From: Limisphaerales bacterium
Lineage (GTDB): Bacteria > Verrucomicrobiota > Verrucomicrobiia > Limisphaerales > SIBE01
Reading direction: 5' to 3'
NCBI GenBank assembly: GCA_044225505.1
Contig: JBGAIN010000013.1
Location: forward strand, 1-64,000
Length of the DNA stretch: 64,000 nucleotides
Position 1 is the first letter of the stretch. Each line of letters opens with the position of its first letter. Below are positions 10,008 through 20,627 of this stretch, piece after piece. Below the pieces are notes generated by a model that was not told the DNA's origin, did not search any database, and worked only from the letters and a program-made list of their open reading frames with translations. The position numbers and the translations under genes are program-made.

Positions 10008-11615
10008 TTATTTTGACGGCTCCACTCGCAAACTGGCCGGCCGATCGGGAATCGCGCTGTGTCGTGCCGCATCATAGAACGCGAATAGATGGCTGTTGCT
10101 GGAAACGTAGATTACGCCGTTGGCAACAACGGGGGTCGAATAGACGGGAGTGCCAAGATTCACTTCACTCAGGACCTTCTTCTCTTTGCTCGCGGCCATG
10201 ACCACGAAATCTCCATCCTCATCTCCGGCGTAGAGTTTTCCATCCGCGACGAGAGTGGAACTCCACATATGAGCCTTCATATCGTAGGTCCAGTTTAATT
10301 TGCCGGTCTCGGCATCTAGGCAATGGATAAAACCCGAGAAATCTCCAATGAACAGCAGACCAGTGTCCGGGTCGATGGAAACGGTCGAGATGCTTCGGTG
10401 CACGCCTTTGTAGTCCCACAGAACGCCGGTCTTGGTGATATCCCCCGTCTTAGTCGCATCGATACAGAGCAACCGGCCTATGCCTTCACCATGTTCAGGA
10501 TCTTGACCAACCGCGACGTAAACGCGGTTCTTGTAAAAAACAGGGGTAGCGTTGACTTCGCTCGGGCCTTCCGCTGCTGGATAGCGAATCGGTTTGCCAT
10601 CCTTCACCTTGTACTCAGGCGGATTGCAGTCGACTTTCCATAGCGTTTTCAAGAGATGGTCGTCACCTTCTTTGACGGGGATCGGGTCGAAAGCGTAGCA
10701 CCACCCGTCGCCACCGCCGAAGAGGATCTGTTTCTTGCCATTGACCAACGCGAGGGAAGGGGAACTCCACTGGCCGTGGAAGATGCGCTGGCTGATCCGC
10801 GCATCGTCTTCGCCGAGGAACTCCCCCGTTTTCTTGTTCAAGGCGATGAAGCTTGGAGCGTTTGGTGAAGGGATATTCGAATGAGTCCAATCCTGGCCAT
10901 TAGAGGTGCAGGTAAAAACGATGTCATCCACGACAAGCACCGAACAATTGGAAGCGTTGTGCGGGAAGACACCCAATTCGTCCATCATGTCGTACTTCCA
11001 AATGATATCAGCATCCTTTGGTCCGAGTTTCGCCTTGGGTTTGCCAGGGCCGACCACATATTGTTCTTCGTCCTTGAAGGGACCGTCATTTCCATTGGCC
11101 AGGCCATTGACATCAAGGCAGATTACTTCGCAACGGCTGGTTACCAGGTAGACTCGATCCCCCTCCACTGTGGGCGACGAAAGCAGCCCGAGGCTTTCCC
11201 AGTCATTGACTTTGCCGGAGGCAAGCTTGGGAACCACTAATTGCCAAAGAAACGCTCCCGTCTTTTCGTCGAACACCATCAAGATACTGCGATCGCCTTG
11301 GTGTTGAGGATCTCGCGGCGCGTCGTTATTTGTGCCGACAAATATTTTTCCTCCAGCCACGGTGGTATTGCCGTAGCTTTGCGATCCGAGCTTCGCCACC
11401 CACTTGAGATTTTTTGAACCTTTGACATCGACGTCGCCCGTATCGGGATCGATCTTGCCTAGCTCAAAGCGGTCGGGTAGTCCCTTCTCTGGGGAATACA
11501 TATTTCTCGAGGATCGTCCGCCCCATTGAGGCCAGTCCGCGGCCTGTGCTTGAAAGCAAGCCAGGCACCCAATCCACGCCAATTTCAAAACCATACGTTT
11601 CATAATTCGATTCAC
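10008..11615 (-). CDS. Secreted PQQ-binding-like (BamB-like) beta-propeller protein
   Basis: Signal peptide, then ADWPQWGG; repeated propeller motifs (CLDAETGKLNW, SSTLVADGKLY, STPVVANG). Confidence 0.88.
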   Translation of the reverse strand: MNRIMKRMVLKLAWIGCLACFQAQAADWPQWGGRSSRNMYSPEKGLPDRFELGKIDPDTGDVDVKGSKNLKWVAKLGSQSYGNTTVAGGKIFVGTNNDAPRDPQHQGDRSILMVFDEKTGAFLWQLVVPKLASGKVNDWESLGLLSSPTVEGDRVYLVTSRCEVICLDVNGLANGNDGPFKDEEQYVVGPGKPKAKLGPKDADIIWKYDMMDELGVFPHNASNCSVLVVDDIVFTCTSNGQDWTHSNIPSPNAPSFIALNKKTGEFLGEDDARISQRIFHGQWSSPSLALVNGKKQILFGGGDGWCYAFDPIPVKEGDDHLLKTLWKVDCNPPEYKVKDGKPIRYPAAEGPSEVNATPVFYKNRVYVAVGQDPEHGEGIGRLLCIDATKTGDITKTGVLWDYKGVHRSISTVSIDPDTGLLFIGDFSGFIHCLDAETGKLNWTYDMKAHMWSSTLVADGKLYAGDEDGDFVVMAASKEKKVLSEVNLGTPVYSTPVVANGVIYVSSNSHLFAFYDAARHSAIPDRPASLRVEPSK

Positions 11616-11693
11616 AGGTAAACCCGCACCGCGATGTTCGGTCCGCGTTTAGTTATTGTAGTTGCTTTGGCTCCGCTCGGCCAGCGGTTGTCT

Positions 11694-14040
11694 TTAGTTC
11701 GCCGTAACGCTGACGTTATCGATGAACACGCGCATTTCCTGAGGCGAAAAGCCAAACAATCCCGGACAACCCGTTTGATGCGCAGTGTGATGGGGGACCT
11801 CAATCGTCCAGGCTCCTGGCTCGGCTTCATCCCGTTTCCATGCTTTGGCTCGAACAACGCCAGTCCCATCTGCGGCGACGTCGACGCGGGCTTTAATGCG
11901 ATACCAGACGTTTGGAGACCACTTGAAATTGGCGGGTGCGTCAACCGCTGGCACGCGCAGTCGTTCCAGGTTCGAGTTTACCTCCAGCTTTTGCTCGTTA
12001 CCCTTCAGCACGATTAAATAGCGCTGGTTGATAATCCCGACGTCGGACATTTTTCGACGGTTCCCTTCGCTGAGGACATCCGCTTGGATGGTGTAATTGT
12101 GCATTTCGGGCTCACCCATGAAAACGAAGGCCCGTTGGAAAAACTTGTTGTCGATCGTCTTGGTGAGTGCCTTGTTACCTTCTTTCTCGCGCACCTCGAA
12201 CTTAAACCGGGCGCCAATCCAAGGCAGTGGAGGATAAGCAAATGGTGTTGGGCTCTCAACGCTATTTGTGGTGGTCTCGCTAAGTTGAAACGCCTCGAAA
12301 TCCTGTTTCAGCGGCAGCCCTGGAAGCACCCGTCCTCGGATGTAACCGTGCAGATCCCCAAGTGTCGCTTGGAACGCGCCAGCGGACGGGACGGAGTCCG
12401 TCGCGGCGACCAGTTTCCCCTCGCGATTGAAGGTGGCCTTCATCGAAGCTCGGACCCTGGCTGTCGCGGGGATGAAGGGCGCCCATTGCACTGTCTTTAG
12501 ATCCTTCACATCGTCAACCGCGAAGCCGTGTTCATCCAAGGTGCGCACTCGAAACGAAGCGGTTTGACCGGGCTTAACCAAGACTTCCGATGGAATGATC
12601 TGGAGTTGTTTGGCCGGGCGGATGCAGAGCCACTTCCGCCGCCGGTTCTGTGGCTAACTGAGGATTGTTCCCTTGCTTTCCGAAACAGTAAAGATGGCGA
12701 GTGGTTTGGATATATACCTTGCCATTGTAAGCTATAGGGCTGCCAAAACAACGTCCCTCCAGCGTAGCATGGCTCAGAATCTTGCCCCCCTGGTCGGTTG
12801 GTTCAATAACGTAAAAGGCCCCTTTGGTGCCAGCTTCTCCGCTTCCATCCGATTTCGCCGCAGGATCATCGAGGATGGGGACATAGAGCTTTCCATCAGC
12901 ATAAAGCGGGCAGGCGTTGCGTTGCTCAATCCCAATGTTCAATCGCCATAGAATCTTGCCGGTCGACGCATCCACCGAGCAGAGGTAGCCCTTTTCGCTG
13001 ACGACATAAATGCGATCACCAACGAGGATTGGTGAACTAGTGGACGTGGACAGCTCGTTGCTCCAAAGTTCTGTTTGGGCGCGCTCGATCACAAGCGGAC
13101 CCGCCGCTGCGTTAGTCGGAGCCATGTGAGGAATTTTCAAAGCAACCATCTGGCCCGGTTCGTAAGGGGTACCATAAACGGCAATCACCTTGTCATTATT
13201 GTGGACGAGCACCGTGGCATTTATCCCCGCTTTGAACAGGGGAATGCGCCAGATCGGGTCGCCAGTCCGCGCATTAACGCAGACGACACTGCCATCGCCC
13301 GTGGCGGCATAAAACACGCGACGTCCGTCTAGCCACCCGAGATACGGGTGTGAATAAGAATTATCCCTGGGCCGATCGCCCGGACTCGACGCCCAGACCA
13401 GTTCTCCAGAATTCTTGTCAAAGGCATAAAACCGGTCACCGGCTGGACCATTGGCGCCCCAGTTCGCCGTAATGCCGCGGGTGATCAACAGGTCTCGATC
13501 GATCAGGGGGGACGCTGTGCGGCTGTTCGGGAAAGTCAATCTGCCGAACTCTTCCATCATCGAATGTTGCCAAAGCCGTTTACCATCAGATGTGAAACCG
13601 GCGAGGATTCCTTGAGTTCCCTGAATGTAGACGTTGCCCGTGGCTTCATCGACCGCCGGACTAGACGTGGCATAGCGCAGATAAATCGTGTCGCTGAGGA
13701 AATCATTGTATCCTTGTTCCCAAAGCTTCTTTCCACTCTCGGCGTCGAAACAGGCAACGCCCTCCTGCAAGTCCGGGCCATCGCCCTGATACCCCATGAT
13801 ATAGACCTTGCCATTCGCGACGACGGCAGTCGACTGGCCCGGAAAGTCTGCCACCCAGAGTGGATGGCTCCCATCGAGTTTGTCGGGAAGGCCTTTTTCC
13901 AGAGACGAGCCATTTTGCAGCGGTCCACGCCAGGCGAGCCATCCCCGCACCGGCGCAGCTTGCAGACTCGCTGGCAGTAAAACCACCCATGCCCAATAGC
14001 CTAAAATGGCCAGGGCGAACTTCGGCAGACGCGTTTTCAT
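11694..14040 (-). CDS. Secreted PQQ-like beta-propeller protein with C-terminal beta-sandwich domain; frameshifted near 12620-12635
   Basis: ORF 12574..14040 (signal peptide, WRGP, CFDAESGKKLW propeller repeats) continues in another frame as ...PAKQLQIIPSEVLVKPGQ into ORF 11694..12581. Confidence 0.75.
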
Positions 14041-14143
14041 GCGGAACCCTTTATCAAGTGTGCGGCTTGCGCACAAAGGCGCGAACCGGAAAATGTTTTA
14101 TTCCAGACTGGGCAACGGTATCTTCTCGGAACTGATTAGGTTG

Positions 14144-14173
14144 GACATAATACCTACACGTATCATTTGTCAA
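14144..14173. promoter_or_regulatory. Imperfect palindrome overlapping a minus-strand TTGACA; candidate MarR operator and promoter
   Basis: GACATAATAC-ctacac-GTATCATTTGTC between the divergent marR and propeller genes; TGTCAA at 14168-14173. Confidence 0.55.
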
Positions 14174-14181
14174 ATCGCAAA

Positions 14182-14751
14182 ATGCCCTCATCTCGACCCG
14201 AAACTTTCCCCCTGGAGGCACTTCCCATCGATTCGCCCGACCGTCGGCGTCTGCCGCCATTGATGCGGCGCGCCTGGTATGGCCTCAACCAGGCCTTTCG
14301 CCGGCGAATTGCCCACACCGAGATGACGCCGGATCAATTTACGGTCCTACGCACATTACTGGAGGGCGATGCGCGCGGCATGACGCAAAGCGAAATTGCG
14401 CAAGTGATGACGAGCGACCCGAATACCATTGCGTCCCTTTTGGAGCGCATGGAGCGGTCTGGCTGGATCGAGCGAATGACCCACGAACAGGACCGTCGCG
14501 CTCACCGTATCCGAGTCCTTCCAACCGGGAAGCGAAAATACCTTCAGGTGCGTCGAATCGCGATTGAGTTGCAAACGGAAGTCCTTTCCGTCTTACCGCA
14601 GTCCGAGAGGGAACCGTTTCTGGAAAGACTGGCGACCGTCGCGGGCGCTTGCCGGCTTGCAGCAGAGACCTATGAGAAGCCCACGGCGCCGCGGACCGTC
14701 CGCAAGCTGCGTGCGTCGTCGACGCACCCTTCAAGCTCGGAAGTGGAATGA
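14182..14751 (+). CDS. MarR family transcriptional regulator
   Basis: TPDQFTVL, winged HTH (TQSEIA...NTIASLLERMERSGWI), DRRA motif. Confidence 0.9.
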   Translation: MPSSRPETFPLEALPIDSPDRRRLPPLMRRAWYGLNQAFRRRIAHTEMTPDQFTVLRTLLEGDARGMTQSEIAQVMTSDPNTIASLLERMERSGWIERMTHEQDRRAHRIRVLPTGKRKYLQVRRIAIELQTEVLSVLPQSEREPFLERLATVAGACRLAAETYEKPTAPRTVRKLRASSTHPSSSEVE

Positions 14752-14777
14752 AGGGAAGAAGAGTTTCACAAAATGGA

Positions 14778-15851
14778 TCACGCGTGGTCGCCTGGTCGGC
14801 ATTGATCGTAGAAGTCGCGGAGATGTTCCGACGACAAGGCGCACCAGTTCTCCTGATATGGGTCTGGTGCCGACTCGCGCTGGACAGTAGCGACCGCCTC
14901 TTCAACCTGACGGACGGCGTCAGCACGCCAACTTTCGAGAGTTAGCGCGTCGGCCCAACTTTGAGCAATGAGAGCCTCTTCCGCGAGTTTCAAACAGTCG
15001 CGTCCTAGGAGAGACTGCTTCAATTTAGGGTCGATATAGCCGGCGTCATCATGTTCGCCATGGCCACAAAGCCGCAGAAGCCGAGCTACGATCAGCTGCG
15101 GGCCTGCCCCAGAGCGGGCTCGGTCGATCGCCGTTCGGGTGACCTTGAGGCAAGCGGTCAGGTCGGTGCCGTCCACGTGATAACCCTCAATTCCATAGCC
15201 GACCGCGCGTTCCCAAAGGCCGCGACAGGCGAATTGACGTTCGTTGGGCGTGGAATAGGCGTATTGATTGTTCGCAATGACCAGGACCAACGGAAGCCTT
15301 TCGACGGCGGCTTGGTTCAAAGCCTCATGGAACGCTCCAGTGGAAGTCCCTCCGTCCCCGATGCAAGTGGCCCCGACGACGTCGCGGCGGCCCTGCAATC
15401 GACGAGCGAGCAAGGTTCCGTTGACGACGGCAATCATGGATCCCAAGTGGCTGACCATGTGCAATAAGCCGTCTTTCAGACGCCCGTGGTGAACATTGCC
15501 ATCTCGGCCCAGCGTCGGGCCAAGCCGGGATCCAAGATAATTTCGGACTGCGTCGAACATCGATTGACCAAAAGCCAATCGACCGGCTAAGTCTCGAATG
15601 AGAGGTGCAAAAACATCGCCTTGTGTCAGTTGCTGGCCAATGGAGACGCTGAGAGCTTCCTGACCCCGCCCGACGAAGACGCCTCCGTGGATTTTGCCCG
15701 CTCGATACAGACCTGCAAATTTGTCATCAAGGACCCTGGCCAGCAGCATCCAACGGAACGCCCTGGTCACCAAGTCGCGCTGAGCCAGGTCCGCGGGTTG
15801 CAAGTGCTCGGTGCTCCGACCTGGGGTTGAGGACTCGACGACGTGAAGCAT
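14778..15851 (-). CDS. TPP-dependent 2-oxoacid dehydrogenase E1 alpha subunit
   Basis: GRGQEA, GDGGTSTG...NN TPP motif, VDGTD, RLCGHGEHD. Confidence 0.9.
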   Translation of the reverse strand: MLHVVESSTPGRSTEHLQPADLAQRDLVTRAFRWMLLARVLDDKFAGLYRAGKIHGGVFVGRGQEALSVSIGQQLTQGDVFAPLIRDLAGRLAFGQSMFDAVRNYLGSRLGPTLGRDGNVHHGRLKDGLLHMVSHLGSMIAVVNGTLLARRLQGRRDVVGATCIGDGGTSTGAFHEALNQAAVERLPLVLVIANNQYAYSTPNERQFACRGLWERAVGYGIEGYHVDGTDLTACLKVTRTAIDRARSGAGPQLIVARLLRLCGHGEHDDAGYIDPKLKQSLLGRDCLKLAEEALIAQSWADALTLESWRADAVRQVEEAVATVQRESAPDPYQENWCALSSEHLRDFYDQCRPGDHA

Positions 15852-16034
15852 GGCCACCTATTTATGCGCTTTTGGTTGCCTTCCTGCAAACGTTTCTTTG
15901 TTGCTCCGAATCAAGACAGGTGCGCGCAATCTCGACAGGGCTGTGAAGCGTTCGCAACCCGAAATTCTCGAAGTCGAGTCTACGTCGGACCCGCCTCCCC
16001 CGGGACCGTCTGGGGGGACGAGTGCGAGGAGCGG

Positions 16035-16051
16035 TTGGCAAACAAGCTGCT
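16035..16051 (+). promoter_or_regulatory. Sigma-54 (-24/-12) promoter candidate
   Basis: TTGGCAAACAAGCTGCT, with GG-N10-GC spacing, ~70 nt upstream of the histidine kinase gene. Confidence 0.55.
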
Positions 16052-16122
16052 AAAACTCTGAAAACGCTCTTGGGATTCATTCCCGGCCAGGGACCGTTTT
16101 AGACGAGAAGCACCATTACGTT

Positions 16123-18093
16123 ATGCACTTTCCCATGATGTTTTCCGGTGACTTCTTAACGGCGGCGCTGCTGGCGTCCCTCTCGAGCGTTGCCGTGCTC
16201 GTGGGGCTGTTTTTCTATCTGAACTATCATACGCGCCGGGATTACTTCACGATTTGGGGGGTAGCGTGGTTATTCTATGGGCTCTGGCTCGTGCTGCGGA
16301 TGAATCTGTTGCATGATCCAGTCGGCGGATGGAGTCTGACCGTCGGACAATGGAGTATTGGGACGTCTGCAGTGTTCCTATGGTGGGGCAGTCTTTCGTT
16401 CATGGGAGCTCCCACCCCGCAGCGATCCATTGCCCTGTTTCTGGCTTTCGTTTACAGTTGGGCTTTCGCCAGCCGATTTCTCCTGAACGACCCGTTTTTA
16501 GACGAAATACCCGTCTTTTGGCTTGCCGGTTTGGCAAGTTTGTCGGCGGCGATCGCGTTCTTCCGATTGCGCCGAGTCAATCCGTCCGTTGGAGCGACCT
16601 TGCTCTCCACGGGGTTTAGCCTCTGGGCCACGTTTCTGGGGGCCTACCCATTCGCGCAATCGACCCCCCAGTGGCGAGGGGCCATGATTTTCTTATCGTC
16701 GGCCCTGCAGCTATTCATCGCAGTCAGCATGATCGTCCTGATGTTGGAGGAGCATCGCGCTAGCGCGGATCGTATGTGCCAGGAGATCCAAGCCGTCAAG
16801 ACAGAGAAGGAAACTCTTCAGATTCGAATTGTCTCGGCGGAGAATGAATTTCGTCAGGTCTTTGGCGCGGAGGGTTGCCAAGGTGACTTACAGAGCGCCT
16901 ATCGGCAACTTCGCCAAACTCAACAAACCATGGTCCAGCAAGAACGTCTCCGCGCGCTCGGACAAATGGCGAGCGGTTTTGCTCATGACCTCAATAACTC
17001 CCTAACTCCAATCGTCGGATTCACCGACTTCCTGTTGGACGGTCCCGCCGCGGAATCTACTGATTCCAGAAAATACTTGGAATGCATCCGCGCTGCTGCA
17101 GGCGATATTTCCCAAATGGTTGAACGTGTCCGCCAATTCTATCGTAGGCGTGATAGCGACGAGTTATTGCCGACCGTTGAACTGAACGCTGTCGTGCAGA
17201 AAGTCCTCAAGGAGCTGCAACCCAAATTACGCGAAGTGGAGCAGCGAACGGGAGTCAATTTGAATGTGGTCACCGAACTGGCACCGGACTTGTCTTGCAT
17301 TCGTGAAGACGAAACGGAAGTCACCGAAGCATTGACCAACCTGGTCAAGAACGCGATTGAAGCGATGCCACACGGAGGCACAATTACCGTGGCGACCCGC
17401 TTGATCCTCCCGACTGAGGCAAACTCGGGTGAATCGACGACCGCACAGGTCATCTTAGAAGTCACCGACCCAGGGGTGGGGATGGACGAGGTCACTCGGC
17501 AACGATGTCTTGAACCGTTTTTCTCCACCAAAGGGCCCCGAGCGAGCGGTTTAGGGCTGTCAATGGTCTATGGCCTGATGCGACGCCACCAAGGCAGTAT
17601 TGAAATTGAAACGGCCATTGAATCAGGGACCACGGTACGGTTGGTTTTCCATCCTGGCAATCGCTCAACCCGGGCGGAACCGCGGGACCCGCTCGCCCTT
17701 AGTCTGCCGCCGCTCCGTATCCTATGCATCGATGATGATCGACGCATTGGCGCCATGCTTCAGCAAGTCCTCAAGGCGCAGAATCACCTGGTTGAGTTTG
17801 CCGATGGGGGCGAGAATGGGTTAGTTGCCTTTCGGACAGCACGGCAACGAGGTCAGGCTTTTCAAGTCGTGATTACTGACCTAGGCATGCCGAACGTCGA
17901 TGGACGGCAGATCGTGAAAACGGTGAAGAGCGAGTCTCCAGAAACTCCGGTGATCCTACTCACGGGTTGGGCAGCGATGGTGGGGCAGGAAGGGGATTTG
18001 CCCAAGGATGCCGATGTCGTGCTGACCAAGCCAGCAAACTTGCCATTGCTTTACGCGGCGCTGGCGCGAGTGACCGCTTCATGCGCTGCTTAG
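16123..18093 (+). CDS. Membrane-bound hybrid sensor histidine kinase / receiver protein
   Basis: About 7 TM helices, H-box AHDLNN, N-box NLVKNA, DPGVGM, FFSTK, GLGL, C-terminal receiver (IDDD, TDLGMP, LTKP). Confidence 0.92.
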   Translation: MHFPMMFSGDFLTAALLASLSSVAVLVGLFFYLNYHTRRDYFTIWGVAWLFYGLWLVLRMNLLHDPVGGWSLTVGQWSIGTSAVFLWWGSLSFMGAPTPQRSIALFLAFVYSWAFASRFLLNDPFLDEIPVFWLAGLASLSAAIAFFRLRRVNPSVGATLLSTGFSLWATFLGAYPFAQSTPQWRGAMIFLSSALQLFIAVSMIVLMLEEHRASADRMCQEIQAVKTEKETLQIRIVSAENEFRQVFGAEGCQGDLQSAYRQLRQTQQTMVQQERLRALGQMASGFAHDLNNSLTPIVGFTDFLLDGPAAESTDSRKYLECIRAAAGDISQMVERVRQFYRRRDSDELLPTVELNAVVQKVLKELQPKLREVEQRTGVNLNVVTELAPDLSCIREDETEVTEALTNLVKNAIEAMPHGGTITVATRLILPTEANSGESTTAQVILEVTDPGVGMDEVTRQRCLEPFFSTKGPRASGLGLSMVYGLMRRHQGSIEIETAIESGTTVRLVFHPGNRSTRAEPRDPLALSLPPLRILCIDDDRRIGAMLQQVLKAQNHLVEFADGGENGLVAFRTARQRGQAFQVVITDLGMPNVDGRQIVKTVKSESPETPVILLTGWAAMVGQEGDLPKDADVVLTKPANLPLLYAALARVTASCAA

Positions 18094-18192
18094 CTCCGGT
18101 CTCTCTACGGCAGGTCTTCCGAAAAACGACTGCGTGACGATGGAGAACGCTCGCCAGGCCCTACCCCGGCAACGTATGCTCTTGCTTTATTC

Positions 18193-20502
18193 ATGGCAGC
18201 GGAACTAGCCGTTAAACCATCGGCACCGGAAGTTGGGGCGCGAACTGCGACGTTCTCGGCCATCCGTTTTGCCGCCTTTTTGTCCGGGGTTGTCGCCGTT
18301 TGCTTTCACAGGGTCCTGCTAGGGTGGGAGACCTTCTTTTACCGCGACTTTGGGGTACTGGCTTTTCCAACCATCCACCATGCCCACGAGGCATTTTGGC
18401 GCGGGGAACTTCCGTTGTGGAATCCACTGAGCAACTGTGGCGTTCCGTTTCTCGCGCAGTGGGGCACCATGGTGCTGTATCCGTTTTCGCTAGTTTACCT
18501 GGTCTTGCCATTGCCTTGGTCGCTCCACGTGTTTTGCCTGGGTCACTTGGTTCTGGCCGGGCTCGGCATGTATCGCTTGGCCGAGCGTTGGACGGGCAAT
18601 TGCTGGGCTGCTGGCTTGGCAGGCACGGTCTTCGTATTCAATGGCGTCACTCTCTCCAGCCTAATGTGGCCTAATTATTGTGTCGCGCTGGGATGGATGC
18701 CCTGGGTCGTGCTTTGTGTGGAGACGGCGTGGCGCGCACCGAATCGGCGGCACTTCGCTCTCGCCTCGCTCGTCAGTGCACTTCAGATTCTGGCGGGCGT
18801 GCCTGAGATATCGCTGATGACTTGGGCTTTCCTCGCATGCTTTGGCGCTGGCCGGGCTGTCACCCAAGCGATTTCGCCAAAGGTTGTGGTGCTGGCGACG
18901 ATTCTCATTGTAGGATGCGTCACCGCTCTTGTGGTGGTGCAGATTTTGCCCTTCCTGGATTTGCTCGCCCATTCACAGCGAGACCGAGGTGCGGCCACCA
19001 CCAAGTGGACCTTCCCGAGCGCGGGGTGGGGAGGTTTTGTCAATCCGCTCTTCCGCTGTGCAGAGAATTCCCAAGGCGTCTTTTTTCAACTCGGCCAGGA
19101 GTTTTTTGCCTCAACTTACCTGGGAGTCATTCCTCTCATCCTTGGTTTGCTGGCTGTGGTTTTAGAGCGTCGGAAACGGATCTGGTTCCTCGCCGGTGCG
19201 GCGGTCGTGGCTTTGTTGCTTGCTGCCGGTGAAGGGAGTTTCGTGTATCAGGCCGCGCGAGTCGTTCTGACGGGCGTTGGCGTTATTCGTTATCCCGTTA
19301 AGTTCGTGATGCTCGTGTCCTTTATCCTGCCGCTGCTGGCCGCCTACGGACTCTGTGCGATTCAGCGTTGCACTGCGAACAGTCGCTGGCTCTTCGGGGT
19401 GGCCGCCATGGTTTTTTTCGGCGTCCTCGCGACCTTGGGACTCACGCGATGGGATCCGACACCGTATGATCAATGGAGGGTGGTGCTGCAAAGTGCAGGA
19501 TGGCGAATTGGGTTTGCCGCTGTCTTCCTCGTGCTAATGGTTCGTGGAATCCGGCGTTCTGGCAGTGACGCCGTTCCGGGAGCCCTTCGCTCCGCGACGA
19601 TTGGAATTGCTCTCCTTGTGCTCTGCGTGCTGGATGCGCTCGTCGCCACGCCAAAGAAAGATCTGACATTGCCGTCCTCGGTGATGACGCCGGGACTCTG
19701 GGAGCTTCATCACCACACTCCGCCGCCTCGTTTCGGAGAAGGCCGGATCATGATCAGTCCCGAAGCCGAGGCGCAATTGCTCGTAAGCCGCGTGCGCGAT
19801 CTGCAAGCGGACTTCGTCGGGAAACGCGTTGCGGAATGGTCTCACCTCAATCTGCTAGATGGCATTGCCAAAGTAAACGGCTCGTCCACATTGCAGCTTC
19901 GCGAGCAAAAGCAGGTGGAGACACTGCTCTACGACACGACCAACAGCTCTCCAGGTCCTTTGATCGACTTTCTAAACGTCGTTTATTTGACCGCTCCGGG
20001 GAAAGTGATCGATTGGAGTCAACGCCAAAGTGCGATGCCTTTGCTAACAGTCGGTCAAGCCCCGCTCTATCTCGATGCGCCCGAGAGTCTGCGCGTGGTC
20101 GCGAGCCCGACTTTCGATCCGCAAGCGACGGTCTGCCTCCCGAGCTCCGCGCGAGTTTCCGTCACTGTCACAAACCGCACCGAAGCCAAGATCAGCAATG
20201 TCCAATTGGACACACATCGGATCGCTTGCGAAGTGGACGCGAACTCGCCGAGCTTGGTGGTCGTTGCGCAAACCTTCTATCATCCTTGGCACGCCACTGT
20301 GGATGGCATGCCGACGCCACTCTTTCGCGCGAATCACGCGTTTCAAGCGCTGCAAGTTCCGGCGGGTCATCACCGTGTGGACCTGATCTATCAGGATCGC
20401 CAATTCCAGATTGGCGCTTCCATTTCAGGAGTCGGGTGGGCAGCCGTGCTCTCTATTTTATTGAGCGACTGGGTGGCGCGCCGGAGACGGCGCAATGGAT
20501 AG
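18193..20502 (+). CDS. YfhO-family membrane protein (GT-C glycosyltransferase-like)
   Basis: GELPLWNP...GVPFLA...LYP N-terminal motif, many TM helices, C-terminal YHPWHATVDG...RANHAFQAL.VPAGHH. Confidence 0.85.
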   Translation: MAAELAVKPSAPEVGARTATFSAIRFAAFLSGVVAVCFHRVLLGWETFFYRDFGVLAFPTIHHAHEAFWRGELPLWNPLSNCGVPFLAQWGTMVLYPFSLVYLVLPLPWSLHVFCLGHLVLAGLGMYRLAERWTGNCWAAGLAGTVFVFNGVTLSSLMWPNYCVALGWMPWVVLCVETAWRAPNRRHFALASLVSALQILAGVPEISLMTWAFLACFGAGRAVTQAISPKVVVLATILIVGCVTALVVVQILPFLDLLAHSQRDRGAATTKWTFPSAGWGGFVNPLFRCAENSQGVFFQLGQEFFASTYLGVIPLILGLLAVVLERRKRIWFLAGAAVVALLLAAGEGSFVYQAARVVLTGVGVIRYPVKFVMLVSFILPLLAAYGLCAIQRCTANSRWLFGVAAMVFFGVLATLGLTRWDPTPYDQWRVVLQSAGWRIGFAAVFLVLMVRGIRRSGSDAVPGALRSATIGIALLVLCVLDALVATPKKDLTLPSSVMTPGLWELHHHTPPPRFGEGRIMISPEAEAQLLVSRVRDLQADFVGKRVAEWSHLNLLDGIAKVNGSSTLQLREQKQVETLLYDTTNSSPGPLIDFLNVVYLTAPGKVIDWSQRQSAMPLLTVGQAPLYLDAPESLRVVASPTFDPQATVCLPSSARVSVTVTNRTEAKISNVQLDTHRIACEVDANSPSLVVVAQTFYHPWHATVDGMPTPLFRANHAFQALQVPAGHHRVDLIYQDRQFQIGASISGVGWAAVLSILLSDWVARRRRRNG

Positions 20503-20627
20503 CGGGAAGACGCGGGTTCTGAGGCCCTTTCAGAACGGGCCTCTGGCAAATGTGCCGTTGGCCTTGAAACATCAGGCGCGGAGACCTTGCTTCGTTTCGG
20601 CAGTGGTCGCTGTCAACTTTGCCTGGC

